Source: Mobula birostris (taxonomy: Eukaryota). From it: DNA of 64,000 bases. A model generated the notes under the pieces. The model worked only from the letters and a program-made list of their open reading frames with translations, ran no database searches and was not told the origin of the DNA. The position numbers and the translations under genes were made by a program. The stretch spans positions 28,451,821 to 28,515,820 of the forward strand of contig NC_092379.1 in the NCBI RefSeq assembly GCF_030028105.1. Reading direction: 5' to 3'. Positions 59,520-64,000 of the stretch are shown piece after piece (position 1 is the first letter of the stretch; each line of letters opens with the position of its first letter).

Positions 59520-61700
59520 TAAATGGCTGCTCTGTGTTTTCCACGTCAGACGTTGGAGTCCTGTGAGATCCAGAGTCTCCCAGAAAACTACATCTGCGTG
59601 GTGTGTATCTGTCTGAAGCTCCTGGAACACCATGTTAGGGATCTGGATTAGCAAATGAATGACCTTTTCGCTCCTATGGCAGAGCGAAGAGACAATCGAT
59701 AGGAGTTACAGGGAAGTAGCCATCGCGAAGTTGCAGTAGGCGAGTGGCTGGGTGACTATCAGGGGAATTGGAAATGTAGTTAGCACAGAACACACTTGCG
59801 GCCATTCCTCTCAATAATAAGTATAGCGTTTTGGATATTGTTGTGGGGAATGACCTCCCAGGGGAACGGTTCGAAGACCGTTTCACTGCCACAAGCATAG
59901 GACTGTGCTGCAGAAGGGTGAGAGGAAGAGGAAGGCAGCGATAGCGACTCAATAATCAGGGGAACAGATAGGAGATCCTGTTGACATAAACGGGACAGCA
60001 GAATGATATGCTGCCTCGGAGGCACCAGGGTCAGTGACTTTTCCGATCACGGACACGACATTTTTGTGAGTGAGGGACCGCATTCCGATGTCTTGGTACG
60101 TTTTGGTACCAATGACACACGAAAGAAAAGCAAAGAGATGCAGAAAGGAAGTTTTAGAGAGCCATATAGAAGGCACTAACAGTGTGTCAAGCTTTGAAGT
60201 GTGCCAGGGAAGAGAAGTGAGTGCAGTTACTCTTACAAGGCTCAAAAAGCCGGAAGACCTCAGAGTACATAAGTCACCCGGAACAGATGGACTGCAACCT
60301 CGGGTTCTGAAAGAGGTAGATATAGAGTTTGTGGAAGCATTATTAATAATCTTTTTTAAAATGATTAGACTGTGGCATGGTGCCTGACGACTGAAAATTT
60401 GGAAATACCACTTCACACTTTGAGACGAGAGAAAGGCAGCACAAAGAAAATTATAGACCAGTTCGAATGACCTCAGTGGTTGGGAATATGTTGGAGTTAG
60501 TTGTTAAAGATGAGATTATAGAGTACTTGGTAATTCAGGACAAGAAAGGGCAAGGTCAGCATGATTTCTTTCATGGGAAGATAAGAGCCCATGTTATTAC
60601 TGGCATGGTAAGAGCATTAGTTGATTGGTAGGTGGCCGACAGTGGTTATTAAAGCATCCTTTTCTGGCTGGTTGCCGGTGACAAGTGATGTTCCGCAGGG
60701 ATCGTGTTGGGACCGCTTTTCTTTTGTGCTGTATATCAATGATTTAGATGATGGAATCCATGGCTTTTTTTTTGCCAGCTTTGCAGACGATACGTAGATT
60801 GGTGCAGGGTCAGGCAGTATTGGTGAAGAAGGTCAGCTACAGAAGGCTTTAGACAGATGATGAGAACGGGCAAGGAATTAGCAAATGAAATACAATGATG
60901 AAAAATGCATGGACTTCCTCTTTGGTAGAATAAATAATTGTAATATTTTCTAAACGTGGAGAAAAGACAAACCTCTGATATGTAATGATGGAAGGAGACT
61001 TGGGGGTCCTTGTGCAGAACACCCTCAAGGTTAAGTGCAGATAGAGTCGGCGGTTAAGAAGATAAATGCAATTTTAGAATTCATTTCAGGAGGTCATGAG
61101 AACAAGAGTGGGGGTGTGATTCTGAAGCTTAAATGCAACCGGTAAGTCTCACTTTGCGTATTGTGAACAGTTTTGGGCTCGTCATTTCGGAAAAGATGCG
61201 CTGGCATTGAAGATGGTTCAGAGCAAATTCCCAAAGATGATTCCCGGAAGGCACGGATTATCATACCAGGAATATTTGATATTTATGAGTCTGTATCTAT
61301 TGGAATTCAGAAGAACGAGGGTGAACTCATTGATACTTTTCGAATGTTAAAAGGCTTAGATAGAACAGATGCAGAAAGGATGTTTCCCATGGTGGTGTAC
61401 GACAAGAGGGAGCAGCCTCAATATAGAGGAGCGTGAATTTGAAACAGAGGTGCGGAGAAATTACTTTAGCCTGATGGTGGTGAATGTGTGGAATTTGTTA
61501 TCACGGGCAGCCGTGGAGGACAGTACGTTGGGAGTACTTAAGGCAAAACGTGATAGGTTCCTGGTTTAACATGGCATCGAGGGTTAAAAAGGGAAAGCCG
61601 GCGAGTGGTGCTGAGGAAAGATCAATGGATCAGCCGTGATTGGCAGAGTCGATGTGCCAAATGGCCTATTTGTACTGTTATCTCTTATGGTCTTATGCTG
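59520..61700 (+). mobile_element. Decayed, internally deleted CR1 LINE (ORF1 and ORF2 fragments)
   Basis: ORF1-like 59560-60150. HKSPGTDGLQPRVLKE (60070-60387), gtgatgttccgcagggatcgtgttggg, and tail cttatggtcttatg at ~61685. Confidence 0.88.
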
Positions 61701-62916
61701 TCTTTCAAGATGAGCAGGATTTAGCAGAGAGACACACTTCTTCGCTCTCGGGTCTCCTCGCGCGTCTTCTTCTTGCTGTCTAAATCCTTGCCACGTCATG
61801 TCTCCTTCCCTTCTTTGTCTCCCATAATCACTCCTCATCACCTGTTTCCTATCTCTTCTCCCCATTATCGATACCCCCCTCTTTACATGTCTCCTTTCTC
61901 TGTTCCCCATTGTTTTCCTATTTTCTCCACTCTCTCCTTTGCTGTCTGACTCCCCCAGCCATTATGCTAAATATCTCGATCATTTTCGTTCGCCCCGCTC
62001 CGCCCTCGTTTTGCTCTGTTATTTATTGTCTTGTTATTGCTTTTCCTGTCTTTCTCTATCAATCATTTTGCTCTTCTACTCCGTCTCCCGAATTTCTCTC
62101 TCTCTCTCTCTTCCTCTTCCCTCTCTCTCTCTCTGTCTCCCTCCTTCTCTCTCTCTCCCACTGTGTCACTTTCTCCGGCCTTCAATCTCTGTGTCACTCA
62201 TTGTGTTTATTCCACACTCCAGCACAATGCTCCCTTGATAATGCATAAGCAATATCGAAATTCGGTAAGTGGATAGTGACTGGTATTGCTCCCCTGCACA
62301 CTGCTTTGAAGTTATTGAGGCCTTTAAAATTACATTGAAGATATTGATATTTTAAAATAATCACAGGATACAGTACGTGGTGACTGAAAAAAATGATGCC
62401 GTTGTTAAAGAATGGACAGATAAAAAGGAATAATACAATGATCTGGGTTACTAGGTTCATGTCTGACTCTCTCCAGGCATTCCCAGGTTCATGCCTGGCT
62501 CTCTCCAGGCACAAGCAGGCTCATGGGCAACTGTATAAAATAACTGCATCATGGTTCCTCACTACAATAATATTCATCTCTATCTTTTTCTCTGTCTACC
62601 TCTTCCGTCTTTGGCACAGATTCCCAGTAGTTGCTCCTCTTTGGATAAGCGTTATTCACGCATTGGTATATAGACCCTTCTGATCCGAATCTCATATTGG
62701 GTGTGCCGGGTGTATTGTAACTCTTGTACCCTAGGCCCCGCACACTCTGTTAGCCTCTGCGCAGGGAGGTGGTGTTGTCTGTTGGTCCCTGAGGACGCGA
62801 CGTTGTTCAATGTTGAGCAGGGACTGGTGGTTTATGAGATCCCTGAAAACCGAGTACCCATTGCAGGTAGGATTTTTTTTTCCAGATCCATCATCGCTCT
62901 GCCTTCAGAAAGGGTG

Positions 62917-62975
62917 ATAATGCAAAGATATACAGCGGAATCCAGCACAAAACCACTGGAAATATTTTAGTGGTA
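62917..62975 (-). pseudogene. Isolated FR3 tip of a V
   Basis: NISSGFVLDSAVYLCII followed by a degenerate RSS-like region. Confidence 0.6.
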
Positions 62976-63124
62976 CTACTGGCCTTTTGGTGTCCAAACC
63001 ACTGGAAATCCAGACCGATTTATTTTGCTTTTTAATATCGTTCTCTTAAGCCAAACACGTAACTTTCGCAACTTTCTGGGTGGTCCACTTCAGGTTTTCT
63101 CCCAAATGCCGCCTTCTAGCGGTG

Positions 63125-63482
63125 GTTCACTGCATCACACCTGGCAACGATGTACTCGGCGGAGTCCGACACTGGAGCTCCAGAGATACTAAAATGGGCC
63201 ACCTTGCTGCCTCTCTTCAAAACAGCGGAAAACCACACTGGAGATCCTGGTATCCACTCCGTCTTTCCGGAGGTATATAACTTCACTATGCATCTTGGAG
63301 CTTCCCCGCGATAAGAAATGTAATAAAAAATGCAACCATGCCATTGTAACCTGAGTTCAGTCTTACAATCTGTCCTTCCTCAACCAATAATTCAGGAGAC
63401 TGCTGGGTCACTGTATCTTTCCCACTCGCTCCTGCAAGAAAAGGACAACCAACATAATCAACAAAGAGCTGAGGGAACACAT
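63125..63482 (-). pseudogene. V pseudogene with leader fused to the acceptor region (intron deleted)
   Basis: ATG TGT TCC CTC AGC TCT TTG TTG ATT ATG TTG GTT GTC CTT is joined to ttcttgcag|GA GCG AGT GGG AAA GAT ACA GTG ACC CAG. First Cys replaced (LNS), frameshift near the Trp, ..AHFSISGAPVSDSAEY. Shortened RSS spacer. Confidence 0.88.
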
Positions 63483-63809
63483 GGTGTCTGACTTCCCACT
63501 GGAACTAAAAACAAATTACTTCTAGAAGGGTCATAACGTTGATCGTTATTGCAGATGAAGATCAGTCCCGCTATATCTTTCAGCTTGTGGATTTACCCTC
63601 TCAATCGGTTTATTGCTGGGAACAATAAATCTGGTTACAAATAGGGACTAGAATTTCTTCATTTCGTCTGTCTGTTGCAACTTGTCTTTATGACCTATTT
63701 TCTCTCAAACCTCAACCTCGCGGTGTCTCACCTAATTTCACCCATTTGAAATCTAATTTACTCCTTCCGAGGCAATCTACCTCTCTACCTCTCTCTACCT
63801 TTTCTTTCC

Positions 63810-63831
63810 CCCCTCTCTCTCTCTCTATCTT

Positions 63832-63870
<39 letters not shown>
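63810..63870. repeat. (TC)n microsatellite
   Basis: Direct read. Confidence 0.95.
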
Positions 63871-63874
<4 letters not shown>

Positions 63875-64000
63875 CACATACAACATCGTTCCCTGTCTCG
63901 CCCGTATTTATTTACCGACTCTCTCTTCAATTACACGTCTCTCACTCTAACTTTACCTTCCTTTACTCTTTGCAAAAGATTTAACTCCCTTTGCTTCTCA

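Noticed and set aside
1-64000. D, J, C segments, tRNA/rRNA genes, CRISPR arrays, RAG/Transib transposase
   Set aside because: None recognisable. No 12-RSS-flanked segments or C1-set exons were found by eye, and the sequence is vertebrate.

Overview
Eukaryotic (vertebrate) DNA: part of a T-cell receptor alpha/delta-type V-segment array from a cartilaginous fish, probably a batoid. The taxon is inferred from the V sequences and the CR1/Penelope/Rex1 repeat set. About 24 V segments or V remnants all lie on the minus strand. The standard architecture is a CCAAT/Y-box promoter, a 46-nt leader exon, an ~85-nt phase-1 intron, the V exon and a 23-bp-spacer RSS. Only two look intact (8776-9202 and 57265-57697). 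One has an open frame but a mutated splice donor (24302-24728), and the rest are pseudogenes or fragments. No D, J or C segments were found. Roughly half the window is transposon-derived: CR1 LINEs including one near full length, Penelope-like elements with hammerhead-like motifs, Ty3/Gypsy remnants, a solo LTR, Rex1 fragments and a REL-endonuclease (Hero-like) fragment. There are two assembly gaps. The most interesting signals are (1) deletions and a V-to-V fusion whose breakpoints fall at the V/RSS border (possible germline RAG footprints), (2) a family-wide extra cysteine (C-P-x-R-F), sometimes with a second FR2 cysteine, and (3) divergent non-family V-like remnants, one resembling a TCR-gamma or IgH-type V. 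All alignments were done by eye, so identities are not computed.
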